A stretch of 64,000 bases of DNA from the NCBI GenBank assembly GCA_965207225.1, contig CBDBLV010000003.1, positions 154,546 through 218,545 of the forward strand, read 5' to 3'. This stretch comes from Dehalococcoidia bacterium (GTDB lineage: Bacteria > Chloroflexota > Dehalococcoidia > Plut-88900). Shown here one piece after another: positions 44,949-54,175 of this stretch. Position numbers and translations under genes: made by a program. The notes under the pieces were generated by a model that had not been told where the DNA came from, did no database searches, and saw only the letters and a program-made list of their open reading frames with translations. The stretch's first letter is position 1; the number at the start of each line of letters is the position of its first letter.

Positions 44949-45019
44949 GGTATGAGGGGTATTATAGCCCTTGACCCGAACAGAGTCCCCGAGTTACTCG
45001 CCACACAGATATTTCCACA

Positions 45020-46393
45020 ATGACGGCAACCGTAATCAAGAACACGACAATCGTGACTGGAGGCCCGGGCAGGACCGTCCTTCACGACTCTGCGATTGGG
45101 ATTGAGGATGGAAGAATCGCCGCCTTGGGCTCTTCCGATGAAGTCATCGCCCGGCTCCCGAACGCCGAGGTGATCGACGGCCGGCGAAAGGCCGTGTTCC
45201 CGGGCCTGGTGAACGCCCACACCCACCTCCTGAAGACCATCAACAAGGGCATCCTGGAAGACACGGGGTTCCCCACCACCCTCCGCTTCCCCGAAGACAC
45301 CCGGGGCCTGATGGGCAAGGAGGAGGATAACATCTTCGCCGTGCTGGGGATTATCGAATCGATACGCAGCGGGGCGACCTGTGTCCTGGAGATCGAGCGG
45401 GACATCGCCAACTACGCCGACTCCCTCGCCGCCACCGGCATGAGGATGGTCCTCGCGGAATACGTCGAGGACGTGGACATGGACCTGGCCCGACAGAGCC
45501 GCTACGAGTTCATCCCAGCCAAGGCCGACGAGGGAATGCGCAAGAGCGTCGACCTCATCGAGGCCTGGCACGGCAAGGCCGAGGGCCGGGTCACGTGCAT
45601 GACCTCCCCCTCCACCCCCGAGTACTGCTCGCCCGAGCTGCTGCAGGAGAATCGTCAGGTGTCGGACAGGTACGACATCGGGATGACCGTCCACCTCAGC
45701 GAAAGCTACGACGAGGTACAGGCGGTGATGCGGACAAGGGGTGTCAGGCCCACCCAGTACCTCTACGTCAACGGCGCCCTGGGCCCGAGGGTCGTGGCGG
45801 CCCACTGCCGGTACCTGGACCAGTCGGAAATCGCCCTTGCCGGACAGACCCGCACCAACGTCTCCTTCAACCCGGCCATCGCCGCCCGGCGAGGCGCAGC
45901 AGCCCCGGCCACGGAGCTGGATGCGGCGGGATGCAACATGGGCATGGGCTCCGACAACATGGACGAAAACATGCTCCACGTAATGCGCACCGGCCTCTTC
46001 GCCGAGCGCGTGCGCCGCCACACGCCCATGTCGCCCCAGCCCGAGCAGATGCTGGAGTGGGCCACTATCGGCAGCGCCCGGGCCCTGGGCTTGGGGGACG
46101 AGGTTGGAAGCCTGGAGGTCGGCAAGAAGGCCGACCTCTTTATGATAGACACCATGCGGCCCCATCTCGTGCCCAACCACCGCATAGTGTCGGCCTTCAT
46201 CCACAACGGCCAGGCCGACGACATAGAAGCCGTGATGGTGGACGGGAATTGGTTGATGAGGGATGGGAAGCTCTTGACCATCGACGAGGAGGACGTCGTG
46301 GCCCGGGCCGAGGAGATGGGCCAGGCAGTCTGGCGCCGGCTCCTCGATCGAAATCCCTCGGTCCACTTCCCCTTTGCGCTTCCCCCTCGGTAG
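45020..46393 (+). CDS. amidohydrolase-1 family (chlorohydrolase / nucleoside-deaminase-like, MtaD/SsnA/AtzA group)
   Basis: GLVNAHTHL, VHLSES, AAHCRY and GMGSDN are metal-ligand motifs of the TRZ/ATZ-type amidohydrolases. Confidence 0.8.
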   Translation: MTATVIKNTTIVTGGPGRTVLHDSAIGIEDGRIAALGSSDEVIARLPNAEVIDGRRKAVFPGLVNAHTHLLKTINKGILEDTGFPTTLRFPEDTRGLMGKEEDNIFAVLGIIESIRSGATCVLEIERDIANYADSLAATGMRMVLAEYVEDVDMDLARQSRYEFIPAKADEGMRKSVDLIEAWHGKAEGRVTCMTSPSTPEYCSPELLQENRQVSDRYDIGMTVHLSESYDEVQAVMRTRGVRPTQYLYVNGALGPRVVAAHCRYLDQSEIALAGQTRTNVSFNPAIAARRGAAAPATELDAAGCNMGMGSDNMDENMLHVMRTGLFAERVRRHTPMSPQPEQMLEWATIGSARALGLGDEVGSLEVGKKADLFMIDTMRPHLVPNHRIVSAFIHNGQADDIEAVMVDGNWLMRDGKLLTIDEEDVVARAEEMGQAVWRRLLDRNPSVHFPFALPPR

Positions 46394-46467
46394 CGCCATC
46401 GGCCCCGTCCTGATAATATCCCTCGGGCCCCATTCGCGAGAGTTCCACCACGTCAAGGAGGACTGAT

Positions 46468-46671
46468 ATGCCTATAGTGAGAGTCGAGATGCTGCCCGGC
46501 AGGAGCGAAGCGCAGAAGTCCGACCTCGTGAAGGCCATGACCGACGCCATGGTCAACATCGCCGGCACCCCCTCGGCTGAGTCCGTCCACGTCATCATCA
46601 CCGAGACCGCGGGCGAAAACTGGGCCATGGGCGGCGAGATGCTGGCCGAGAGGATGAAGGCCCGGTCCTAG
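46468..46671 (+). CDS. 4-oxalocrotonate tautomerase family enzyme
   Basis: 67 aa starting MPIVRVEM (catalytic Pro1), with a beta-alpha-beta pattern. Confidence 0.85.
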   Translation: MPIVRVEMLPGRSEAQKSDLVKAMTDAMVNIAGTPSAESVHVIITETAGENWAMGGEMLAERMKARS

Positions 46672-46765
46672 GGCGCATCCCTCCCTTCAGGCAAGCCTTT
46701 CCTTCAAGTCGTGCGCCGGGCGCACGATTTGAGGACTCTTTGTCCGGAAAGCAAGGTGGACGACC

Positions 46766-47740
46766 ATGGCTGACATGAGCAGGTTCAGCGCGTACATTTA
46801 CGGTTGGGGCGCGACACCCCCGACCCTCGACTCCCTGACCGACGTGGTTCAGCAGCTCGACCGGCTGGGGTTCTACTCCGCCGGGTTCCCGTACCACATG
46901 ACCCTGCCCCACGCCCCCATGTTCGACCGCTTCAGCAGCCACCACCTCTTCGACCCCCTCGCCCTGCTCCCGGCCCTGTTCGCAGTCACGAAGAATCTGC
47001 GACTCGGCATTCACTCCCTCATCCTGCCCGTGCTCCCGCCCTACTTCTGGGCCAAGAACCTTTCGACCATCGACGTGATCTCGGGAGGTCGGCTGATACC
47101 TGGGATGTGCATGGGCTGGTCGCCCGGCGACTTCCACATGGCCGGGGCGGATGAGCACCACCGGCGCAGGGCCCGGGTCACCGACGAGCAGATGGAGCTG
47201 ATCACCCGGCTCTGGACCGAGGACGGCGTGACGCACAACGGCCGGTACTACCAGCTCGAAAACGTCACCCTTGACCCGAAGCCCGCCCAGAAACCCTACC
47301 CGCCCATCTGGTACGGCGGCGGCCTGCCCTCCATACCCAGGGCGGCGAAGTACGCCACCCACATCCTGCCCGCTCCCATGCCCGTCGAAGAGATCAGGGA
47401 GCAGTGGGTCCCGGCAATCGAGGCCGAGAACGAGCGGACGGGCGCATCCCTTAAGATCAGCCTGATGAACTTCGTCGCCATAGTAGACGACGAAAGCAAG
47501 GTGGAGACCGAGATCGTCCCCCAGCTGCGGCAGTGCATACGCCTGACGGCGTCGGGGGTGCAGCCGGAGGACATGACCATCGTCGGCTCCCCGGAATCGT
47601 GTGCAGAGAGGGTCAGGGTGTTCCTCGACGCGGGCGTGGACCACCTACTCCTGGACTTCAGCTACCGGGGCTCGGCCTCCCGGGAGCACCAGCGCGAACA
47701 GATACAGCGCTTCGCCGAAGAGGTAGCGCCCCTGGTTTAG
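46766..47740 (+). CDS. LLM-class oxidoreductase, paralogue 10
   Basis: GFYSAGFPYHM, GRLIPGMCMGW and KPYPPIWYGG. More divergent than paralogues 1-9. Confidence 0.8.
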   Translation: MADMSRFSAYIYGWGATPPTLDSLTDVVQQLDRLGFYSAGFPYHMTLPHAPMFDRFSSHHLFDPLALLPALFAVTKNLRLGIHSLILPVLPPYFWAKNLSTIDVISGGRLIPGMCMGWSPGDFHMAGADEHHRRRARVTDEQMELITRLWTEDGVTHNGRYYQLENVTLDPKPAQKPYPPIWYGGGLPSIPRAAKYATHILPAPMPVEEIREQWVPAIEAENERTGASLKISLMNFVAIVDDESKVETEIVPQLRQCIRLTASGVQPEDMTIVGSPESCAERVRVFLDAGVDHLLLDFSYRGSASREHQREQIQRFAEEVAPLV

Positions 47741-47789
47741 CGCGAGATTGTCCTGAAAGAACCCTTCTTCCTTCCCCCAGTACCGAACT

Positions 47790-47837
47790 AGAGGCCGACG
47801 TGTGTCCAGAGCAAGCACGTCGGCCTCTGTTCTTCTC
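47790..47837 (+). terminator. rho-independent terminator after LLM paralogue 10
   Basis: 13-bp stem AGAGGCCGACGTG / CACGTCGGCCTCT followed by GTTCTTCTC. Confidence 0.6.
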
Positions 47838-47873
47838 TCCCCCTCTCCCTTAATGGCCCTAAGGGAGAGGGGG
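47837..47873. repeat. REP-like hairpin, family 4 (CTCTCCCTTA..TAAGGGAGAG)
   Basis: ctccccctctcccttaatggccctaagggagaggggg. Related copies at 12500-12532, 13384-13418 and 62144-62163. Confidence 0.7.
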
Positions 47874-47941
47874 ACCAAGGCGATGAGGCTTCCCCCGGGG
47901 GCTCGGGGGCAAACTCCCCCAAAACTGCCCCCTTTGCCCTA

Positions 47942-47969
47942 TTGACAAATATGCTATAAGTTCTATACT
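47942..47969 (+). promoter_or_regulatory. near-consensus promoter (TTGACA-16-TATACT) for 47984-49111
   Basis: TTGACA at 47942-47947 and TATACT at 47964-47969. ATG is 14 nt after the -10, so the 5' leader is very short, and no SD is present. Confidence 0.45.
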
Positions 47970-47983
47970 AACGTTCAGACCGA

Positions 47984-49111
47984 ATGTCTACACCCAAACT
48001 TCACAACAAACCATTGTCAATAGACCATCGCCCTTCCAATGGGGCGTCCGCTCAAGAGGCGGCTGATCTCCCCCCGGGGCCCGACCTGTCCCCGGATGCC
48101 CGCGGTCCTGCGCCGCGGAAGAACCCCCGAGGCCCGGCGTCCCCCGACGCGATCCTCACGACCTCGGATGCCTGCGGCAACCTACCGCAGAAGAAGACCC
48201 GCACCCCCGCTCCTGTACGTCAGGAGCGCAGTCGACGCGGAAGACCGTACCCGCAAAACCGCGATGGGTCCGGTAATGCCGGCTTAGCCGAAGGCTCGTT
48301 GCCGCGTCTGGCCCCCGAGGGCCGGGGCTTCGAGCAGGAGATTACTCTCCTGCGTTCCATGATCAACCGCCTCTTGAGCAGGCGCCCCCTGGACCACACC
48401 TACATCTCCCGCTACATGCGGCTCCTCATCCAGGCCCAGTCCGCCCAGTCCAGGGCCCCCAAGGAGCTCACCGACGAGCAGGAAGTCGACTCCCTCATCA
48501 AGAAGCTCTTCTACAAGAGGGTCGAGGACAGCCAACTCTCCTTCTTCGACCTCCTGCCCATACGCACCGCCAGGCCCGGCGAGAAGTGGTGGCCGTGGAG
48601 ACAGCTGATGTCCGTGGAAGAACGACGCCGGGACGGCCTCATCGGCCCTGAAGACCGCTGGCCCCGAGAAGTGGACGAATACCTCGATGAAAAGGCAGCC
48701 CATGAAGCTGAAATGGCGGCCTTTAGAGCAGAGACGTGGAGAGACATGGAAGCGGTCCTTGACGGCATGTTCGCCCGTGACCCCGTCCTCAGCAACCTCC
48801 ATGACCCGGACGAAGAATCCGCTAACCCCGACGACGATGACTATGACCCCGATGACCCGGACCCCTCCCCTTCCGACCCCGATTACGAAGACACAGATGA
48901 CGAACTCCCACCCGACTTGACCGTAATCCCCGCGGATGTGGGAACCCCGAACTGCGAAGAAATGGGTCCAATCCCATCCCCTGTAGGGGTGCCCCTCGTG
49001 GGTACCCTGGACGCTGCCCACGCCGATACCGGCCGGTCGCCCGGTTGGGCCGACCACGCTCCGCCCCCCAACCCCAAACCCCGCATCGCCAGAGGCCGCC
49101 CCCCGCCCTGA
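47984..49111 (+). CDS. hypothetical protein (375 aa) with disordered Pro/Arg-rich N-terminus and Asp/Pro-rich C-terminus
   Basis: Single long ORF behind a strong promoter. The central roughly 150 aa look globular/helical (EQEITLLRSMINRLLSRRPLDHTYISRYMRLLIQ..). I recognise no family, and the last roughly 40 codons overlap REP-like sequence. Confidence 0.4.
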   Translation: MSTPKLHNKPLSIDHRPSNGASAQEAADLPPGPDLSPDARGPAPRKNPRGPASPDAILTTSDACGNLPQKKTRTPAPVRQERSRRGRPYPQNRDGSGNAGLAEGSLPRLAPEGRGFEQEITLLRSMINRLLSRRPLDHTYISRYMRLLIQAQSAQSRAPKELTDEQEVDSLIKKLFYKRVEDSQLSFFDLLPIRTARPGEKWWPWRQLMSVEERRRDGLIGPEDRWPREVDEYLDEKAAHEAEMAAFRAETWRDMEAVLDGMFARDPVLSNLHDPDEESANPDDDDYDPDDPDPSPSDPDYEDTDDELPPDLTVIPADVGTPNCEEMGPIPSPVGVPLVGTLDAAHADTGRSPGWADHAPPPNPKPRIARGRPPP

Positions 49112-49162
49112 GCGAAATAACCCGCGCCCAAAACACAATAACGGGCATTGCCCCACCCTCAT

Positions 49163-49189
49163 GTCATTCCGAACGGCAGTGAGGAATCC
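49163..49189. repeat. REP-like hairpin, family 1
   Basis: gtcattccgaacggcagtgaggaatcc. Confidence 0.65.
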
Positions 49190-49339
49190 GGGGAAGTGGG
49201 GTGCAGGTCTGGCAATGCACCTGGACGTTCACCATCACTCCTCCCTCGTAGGGATGACCGCGCCCTCTCCCCCTGAACCCCCGCAACGGCCCCTGCGATA
49301 TAATCGCCCCAGGGAAGGCGCACCATCGGAGGGAACGGC

Positions 49340-50467
49340 ATGGCGGACTACAGGGTAATTTCATCGGACAATCACATCGTCGAGCCTCCGGACCTGTGGG
49401 AGAAGAGGATGGAACCGGAGTTCAGGGACCAGGCCCCGGCCATGCGAGAAACGGAGATGGGCCCCTTCTGGTTCGTTGAAGACCGGCCTACCTTCAACAT
49501 CACCAGCATGGCCAGCCAGGCCGGGAGGCGGTTCGAGGACGCCGATTCGCTGCAGACCGTCGACTCCTGGGAGAACGCCAGGCTCGGGGCTTACATCCCG
49601 GAGGAGGCCATCAAGGACATGAACCTGGACGGGATAGACGTCGGGGTCGTCTACCCCAGCCTTACCATCTTCCTGTACGCCTTCGTCGAAGGAAGCGACC
49701 TGCTCTCGGCCATCCTCAGAGCCTACAACAACTTCGCCGCCGAGTACTGCCAGGCCGTCCCCCGTCGCCTCAAGGGCGTCGCAACCATTAACATCGACGA
49801 CGTGTCGGACGGCGTCGCCGAACTGGAACGCTGTGCGAAGATGGGCTTCGTCGGAGCGGCCATCCCCGAATACATGTCCGCCCGACCCTACTTCGACGAG
49901 GCCAACGAGCCCCTGTGGGCCGCGGCCCAGGACCTGGACATGCCCCTCGGCCTTCACATCTCCACGGCCAGGGTCAAGGCCGGCCGGGGGTGGGACCGGG
50001 AGCTTGACGCCTTCGGCTTTGCCAACCTTATGCTGGACAATGCAGACTTCTGGGTCCGGGTCTCCCTGACCGAGATGATCCTCAGCGGCGTTTTCGAACG
50101 CTACCCGAAGCTGAAGGTCGGGGTCGCCGAGCACGAGCTGAACTGGGTGCCCTACTGGATGGAGCGCATGGACTACAGCTACAACGAGCGGGCGGCAGGA
50201 CGGGCGGGGTTCAGGCTGAAGAACGACATGGTCCCCAGCGACGTCTTCCACTCGAACTGCTTCGTCGACTTCCAGGAGGACGCCCTCGGCATCACCCACC
50301 GCGACATCATAGGCGTGGACAACATCCTCTGGGGCTCCGACTACCCCCACACCGAGGGCACCTTCCCCAAGTCCCGGGAGTTCATCGAGACCACCCTGGT
50401 CAACTGCACGCAGGAGGAGAAGGAGAAGATCGTGGCGGGCAACGCCGCCCGTATCTACAACCTCTAG
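49340..50467 (+). CDS. amidohydrolase-2 family (ACMSD-like) enzyme
   Basis: MADYRVISSDNHIVEPPDLW and LWGSDYPHTEG. Paralogous in type to 11164-12273. Confidence 0.85.
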   Translation: MADYRVISSDNHIVEPPDLWEKRMEPEFRDQAPAMRETEMGPFWFVEDRPTFNITSMASQAGRRFEDADSLQTVDSWENARLGAYIPEEAIKDMNLDGIDVGVVYPSLTIFLYAFVEGSDLLSAILRAYNNFAAEYCQAVPRRLKGVATINIDDVSDGVAELERCAKMGFVGAAIPEYMSARPYFDEANEPLWAAAQDLDMPLGLHISTARVKAGRGWDRELDAFGFANLMLDNADFWVRVSLTEMILSGVFERYPKLKVGVAEHELNWVPYWMERMDYSYNERAAGRAGFRLKNDMVPSDVFHSNCFVDFQEDALGITHRDIIGVDNILWGSDYPHTEGTFPKSREFIETTLVNCTQEEKEKIVAGNAARIYNL

Positions 50468-50527
50468 GAAGCCCTAAACTGTTTGTAGATGGCATCTGAC
50501 GCATACCCAGATTAGATGCGTCCGCCC

Positions 50528-50663
50528 CTGCTCATACTTCGAGGGCTCAGCATGAGCGGCCTCACGCCTCCGGGGAGGGCGACCAGCCGGTCGCCCCTAC
50601 GGGGAAGGAGGGCCCTTCCACACCACCCCGCGGAATGGATTCCCGATCGGAGTCGGGAATGAC
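50528..50663. repeat. REP-like composite (family 2, then 3, then 1)
   Basis: ctgctcatacttcgagggctcagcatgagcgg (50528-50559), ggggagggcgaccagccggtcgcccctacgggg (50572-50604) and ggattcccgatcggagtcgggaatgac (50637-50663). Confidence 0.7.
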
Positions 50664-50676
50664 GATGGGAGGCGTA

Positions 50677-51822
50677 CTACCGGGTGGCTTCTTCGATGTC
50701 GCTCATCGAAAGCTCGATGCCGAAGCCCGGCGCGTCCGAAGGCACCAGCATTCCGTCCCTGGGGAAGGCCATTCCGGGGTTGGTGCGGTAGCCGTCGTGC
50801 ATCGGCTCACCGGGAGCGGTGATGATAAGGAACTCGGCCCACGTGCACACGGACATGCCGAAGGCCAGGTGCTGGCCGTAGGAGTCTCCACCCGCAAGGT
50901 GGGGCATGACCTGGATTCCGGCGGCCTCCGCCACGTTGCATATCTTCACCGCGGCAGTCATGCCTCCCACGTAGCAGATGTCGGGCTGCATGATGTCGAC
51001 TAGGTGCCCGGCGGCTGCGGCGGAGAAGGGCGCAAGCATGTACCACCTCTCACCCGAGGCCAGGGTCTGCCACGGGAGTCTCTGCCGCACCGAACGGTAC
51101 CCCTCCAGGTCTTCCGGCAGCAGGTAGTCCTCCATCCACTTCAGGCGGTAGGGGCGCAGCCGCTCGGCGAGCCGGACGATGAAGTCCTGGTCTGAGCTTA
51201 TGGCGTAGCAGTCGAGCATTAGCTCCCGGTCGGGGCCGAGGGACTCGCGCGCTGAGGCGACCATCTCCTCGGTCTCGCCGATGATGGTGGGGGCATGGGT
51301 GTCGGTGGCGGACAGGCCGAGCTTCGCCGCCCCGAACCCGAGCTCCTTGATCCATTCGATATCGAAGCCGGTGGCGTAGCAGAAGAGGGCTTCCCTGGTC
51401 GGACCCCCGAGCAGTTCGTAGACGGGCTTGCCCAGCAGCTTGGCCTTCAGGTCCCACAGGGCGAGGTCCACGGCGCTGATGGCGTACCCAGCGAGGCCTG
51501 CTGCGCTGTAGTGGACTGAGGAGTCGACCATCAGGGTCCAGAGCTTCTCGGTGGCCATGCAGTTCTCGCCGGTCAGGAAGCCGGCGTAGTGGTCGTTGAT
51601 AATGGACGCGACGGGTCCGGCATTGCTGGTCATGCCCAGGCCCCAGGTGCCGTCCTCGGCAGTGACCACGCAGGCGACGTGGCCCCAGGTCGGAAACCGG
51701 GGGGGAGACCAGACGGAACCTCGGTCGAAGATCTCGCCATACCAGTCTGCCTTGGGTGTCTCGGGGCCGCGGAGGACCCTGTCGTTGGTAATGGGGGCCG
51801 CGTGGACGGACTTGATTTTCAT
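50677..51822 (-). CDS. enolase-superfamily enzyme (mandelate racemase / muconate-lactonizing / acid-sugar dehydratase family)
   Basis: 381 aa. MKIKSV.. capping domain plus a barrel domain (DLALWDLKAKLLGKPVYELLGG, LMLDCY, WMEDYL). Confidence 0.85.
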   Translation of the reverse strand: MKIKSVHAAPITNDRVLRGPETPKADWYGEIFDRGSVWSPPRFPTWGHVACVVTAEDGTWGLGMTSNAGPVASIINDHYAGFLTGENCMATEKLWTLMVDSSVHYSAAGLAGYAISAVDLALWDLKAKLLGKPVYELLGGPTREALFCYATGFDIEWIKELGFGAAKLGLSATDTHAPTIIGETEEMVASARESLGPDRELMLDCYAISSDQDFIVRLAERLRPYRLKWMEDYLLPEDLEGYRSVRQRLPWQTLASGERWYMLAPFSAAAAGHLVDIMQPDICYVGGMTAAVKICNVAEAAGIQVMPHLAGGDSYGQHLAFGMSVCTWAEFLIITAPGEPMHDGYRTNPGMAFPRDGMLVPSDAPGFGIELSMSDIEEATR

Positions 51823-51930
51823 GGGTAGGTCGTCCTTTCGTGGGCGGCAATTGCCGTGGTCCTATTGTAAGGGCGCGAAGGAATGGAGACCACAAGGGTC
51901 ACCGTCCCAGGACAAGGGACAGGCTGGAGC

Positions 51931-53136
51931 TTAAAGAAGGAGGCTGGAGGGTCTTTCCAGGTAGCCCTTGATCTCGTTGACGAACTGGGCGGCCTCGGCG
52001 CCGTTTACCACGCGGTGGTCGGCGGAGATGGTGCACTGCATGATGTCGGCGACGGTTATCTGTCCGTCCCGCACCACGGGTTGGCTCGTGACGCTCCCGA
52101 CTGCGATGCTCGCGCTCTGCCGCGGGTTAATGATGGCTATGAAGCTGTCAACCTGGAACATGCCGAGGTTGCTGATGGCGACTGTGGCCTCGGTGTACTC
52201 CTCGGGCTTGAGGACTCCGTTGCGGGCGCGGGTGCTGAGGTCTCGACTGGCCACCGAGATCTCCTTCAGCGTCTTGCTCCCACAGTCCAGGATGGCAGGT
52301 GCTATGAGGCCGTCCTCCAGGGCTATGGCCACGCCGATGTTGATGGCCGGGCCGGGCTGGATAGCGCCGTCCGAGTAGTGGGAGTTGAAGGCGGGGAACC
52401 TGGCAAGCGCCAGCGCCGAGGCCTTGATTATCAGGTCGTTGACGGTGAGGCGGGCCTCGCCGGTCCATAGCTCGTTGAGCTCTTCCCGCAATGCCATGGC
52501 TTTTGTCATGTCTATGCTGGCAGTCACGTAGAAGTGGGGCATTTCCTGCTTGCTCTGGGTCATGCGCCGGGCGATGGTCTGGCGCATCCGGGAGAGCTCG
52601 ACGACCTCACCTGCAGCCGTGGGTGCGGGGGCCGGAGCAGGGCTGGACGCTTCGGCCGCGGCCAGGACATCCTCCTTGGTAATCCGGCCCTTAGGTCCGG
52701 TGCCCGTGACCGTGGACAGATCGACACCCTTCTCATCGGCGATGCGTCGGGCCAGGGGGGACACCAGGACGCGGTCACCCTTGGGTGCAGCAGCAGGAGG
52801 AGCTTCCGCTGCAGGAGGCGCCGGGTCTGGTTTGGAGGATTCGACTGCGGTCGGGGGTGGGGAGGGGGAGGTTGTGTCCAGGTCGGCGATCTCCTCGTCT
52901 GCGGCGCCGATTATGCCTATGACCTGGCCTACGGGGACGGTGATGCCCTCAGTGACGACGATGCGGCGCAGGAGGCCGGAAGCGAAGGACTCCACTTCAA
53001 CGGTGGCCTTGTCGGTTTCCACCTCAACTATGGGCTCGCCCCTGTCAACGTGATCGCCCTCGGCCTTCAGCCAACGAACGACTGTGCCCTCCTCCATGTC
53101 GAAGCCCATCTGGGGCATTATCACGTCAGTGGCCAA
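51931..53136 (-). CDS. dihydrolipoamide acyltransferase (E2) of a 2-oxoacid dehydrogenase complex
   Basis: Lipoyl domain (VEVETDKATVEVES), Ala/Pro linker, subunit-binding domain (VSPLARRIADEKGVDL) and catalytic DHRVVNGA. Confidence 0.9.
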   Translation of the reverse strand: MATDVIMPQMGFDMEEGTVVRWLKAEGDHVDRGEPIVEVETDKATVEVESFASGLLRRIVVTEGITVPVGQVIGIIGAADEEIADLDTTSPSPPPTAVESSKPDPAPPAAEAPPAAAPKGDRVLVSPLARRIADEKGVDLSTVTGTGPKGRITKEDVLAAAEASSPAPAPAPTAAGEVVELSRMRQTIARRMTQSKQEMPHFYVTASIDMTKAMALREELNELWTGEARLTVNDLIIKASALALARFPAFNSHYSDGAIQPGPAINIGVAIALEDGLIAPAILDCGSKTLKEISVASRDLSTRARNGVLKPEEYTEATVAISNLGMFQVDSFIAIINPRQSASIAVGSVTSQPVVRDGQITVADIMQCTISADHRVVNGAEAAQFVNEIKGYLERPSSLLL

Positions 53137-53192
53137 GGGTCTGCCTCCTTTGAAATAGCTGCAAGTGCGACGATATGGAATGGACTGTGTGG

Positions 53193-54167
53193 CTAGAAAA
53201 GGCGGTGAACAGCCTCAATGACCCGGTCTTCGTCCGGCATAACGGCCTGTTCCAAGGGTCGGGCGTAGGGCATGGGGACATCCAAGGATGCTACCCGCTG
53301 GACGGGGGCATCCAGGTATTCAAGGGCGTTCTCCATGATCCGCGCCGATACCTCTGCGCCTATGCCCATGGGCTTCCAGCCCTCCTCCACGACAACTGCC
53401 CGGCTGGTCTTTTGGACTGACTGGACTATGGTCTCGGTGTCCATGGGGCGGAGGCAACGGAGGTCTACTACCTCGGCCTCAATGCCCTCATGGGACAGCC
53501 TTTCCGCAGCCTTGAGAGAGACGTGTGTCATGCGGGAATAGGTGATGATGGTGACGTTGTCGCCTGTTCGCTTCACGTCGGCCTTGCCGAAGGGGATTGT
53601 GAAGTCGGGGTCGTCGTTGACTTCACCCTTGGCCCCGTAGAGGAGGGAGTGTTCGATGAACATCACGGTGTTGGGGTCCCGGTAGGCGGTCCTGAAGAGG
53701 CCCATGGCGTCGGAGGGGGTGGAGGGAGCGACGACAAAGAGGCCCGGGACGTGAGCATACCATCCCTCCAGGCTCTGGGAGTGAGAGGCGGCAAGCTGGT
53801 TGCCGCCACCGCTGACCGTTCGGATGACCAGGGGCACGGTGACCTGACCGCCGGACATGTAGTGGAGCTTGGCGGCGCTGTTGACAATCTGGTCTATGGC
53901 CAGAAGGCTGAAGTTGATGGTCATCAGCTCGACGATGGGTCGGGCGCCGCCCATGGCTGCGCCTATGCCCGCCCCAACGATCACCGACTCTGATATGGGC
54001 GTGTCTTTGATGCGCTCGGGGCCGTACTTGTCGAGGAAGCCGCGGGTCACGGCGTAGGCGCCTTCGTAGGTGCCGATGTCCTCGCCCATCATGAAGGCGC
54101 GTGGATCGGAGTCGAGGGTCTCCTTCAAGACTCGACTGATGGCCTTTCTGTAGGTGATGGATGCCAT
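53193..54167 (-). CDS. 2-oxoacid dehydrogenase E1 component, beta subunit
   Basis: FMMGEDIGTYEGAYAVTRGFLDKYGPERIKDTPISE and a transketolase-C-like C-terminus. Confidence 0.9.
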   Translation of the reverse strand: MASITYRKAISRVLKETLDSDPRAFMMGEDIGTYEGAYAVTRGFLDKYGPERIKDTPISESVIVGAGIGAAMGGARPIVELMTINFSLLAIDQIVNSAAKLHYMSGGQVTVPLVIRTVSGGGNQLAASHSQSLEGWYAHVPGLFVVAPSTPSDAMGLFRTAYRDPNTVMFIEHSLLYGAKGEVNDDPDFTIPFGKADVKRTGDNVTIITYSRMTHVSLKAAERLSHEGIEAEVVDLRCLRPMDTETIVQSVQKTSRAVVVEEGWKPMGIGAEVSARIMENALEYLDAPVQRVASLDVPMPYARPLEQAVMPDEDRVIEAVHRLF

Positions 54168-54175
54168 ACCTTGAA

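Noticed and set aside
44945-46456. 503-aa minus-strand ORF
   Set aside because: Antisense shadow of the amidohydrolase gene 45020-46393, which carries the HxH/HLSES/AHC/GSDN metal-ligand motifs. No motifs on the antisense product.
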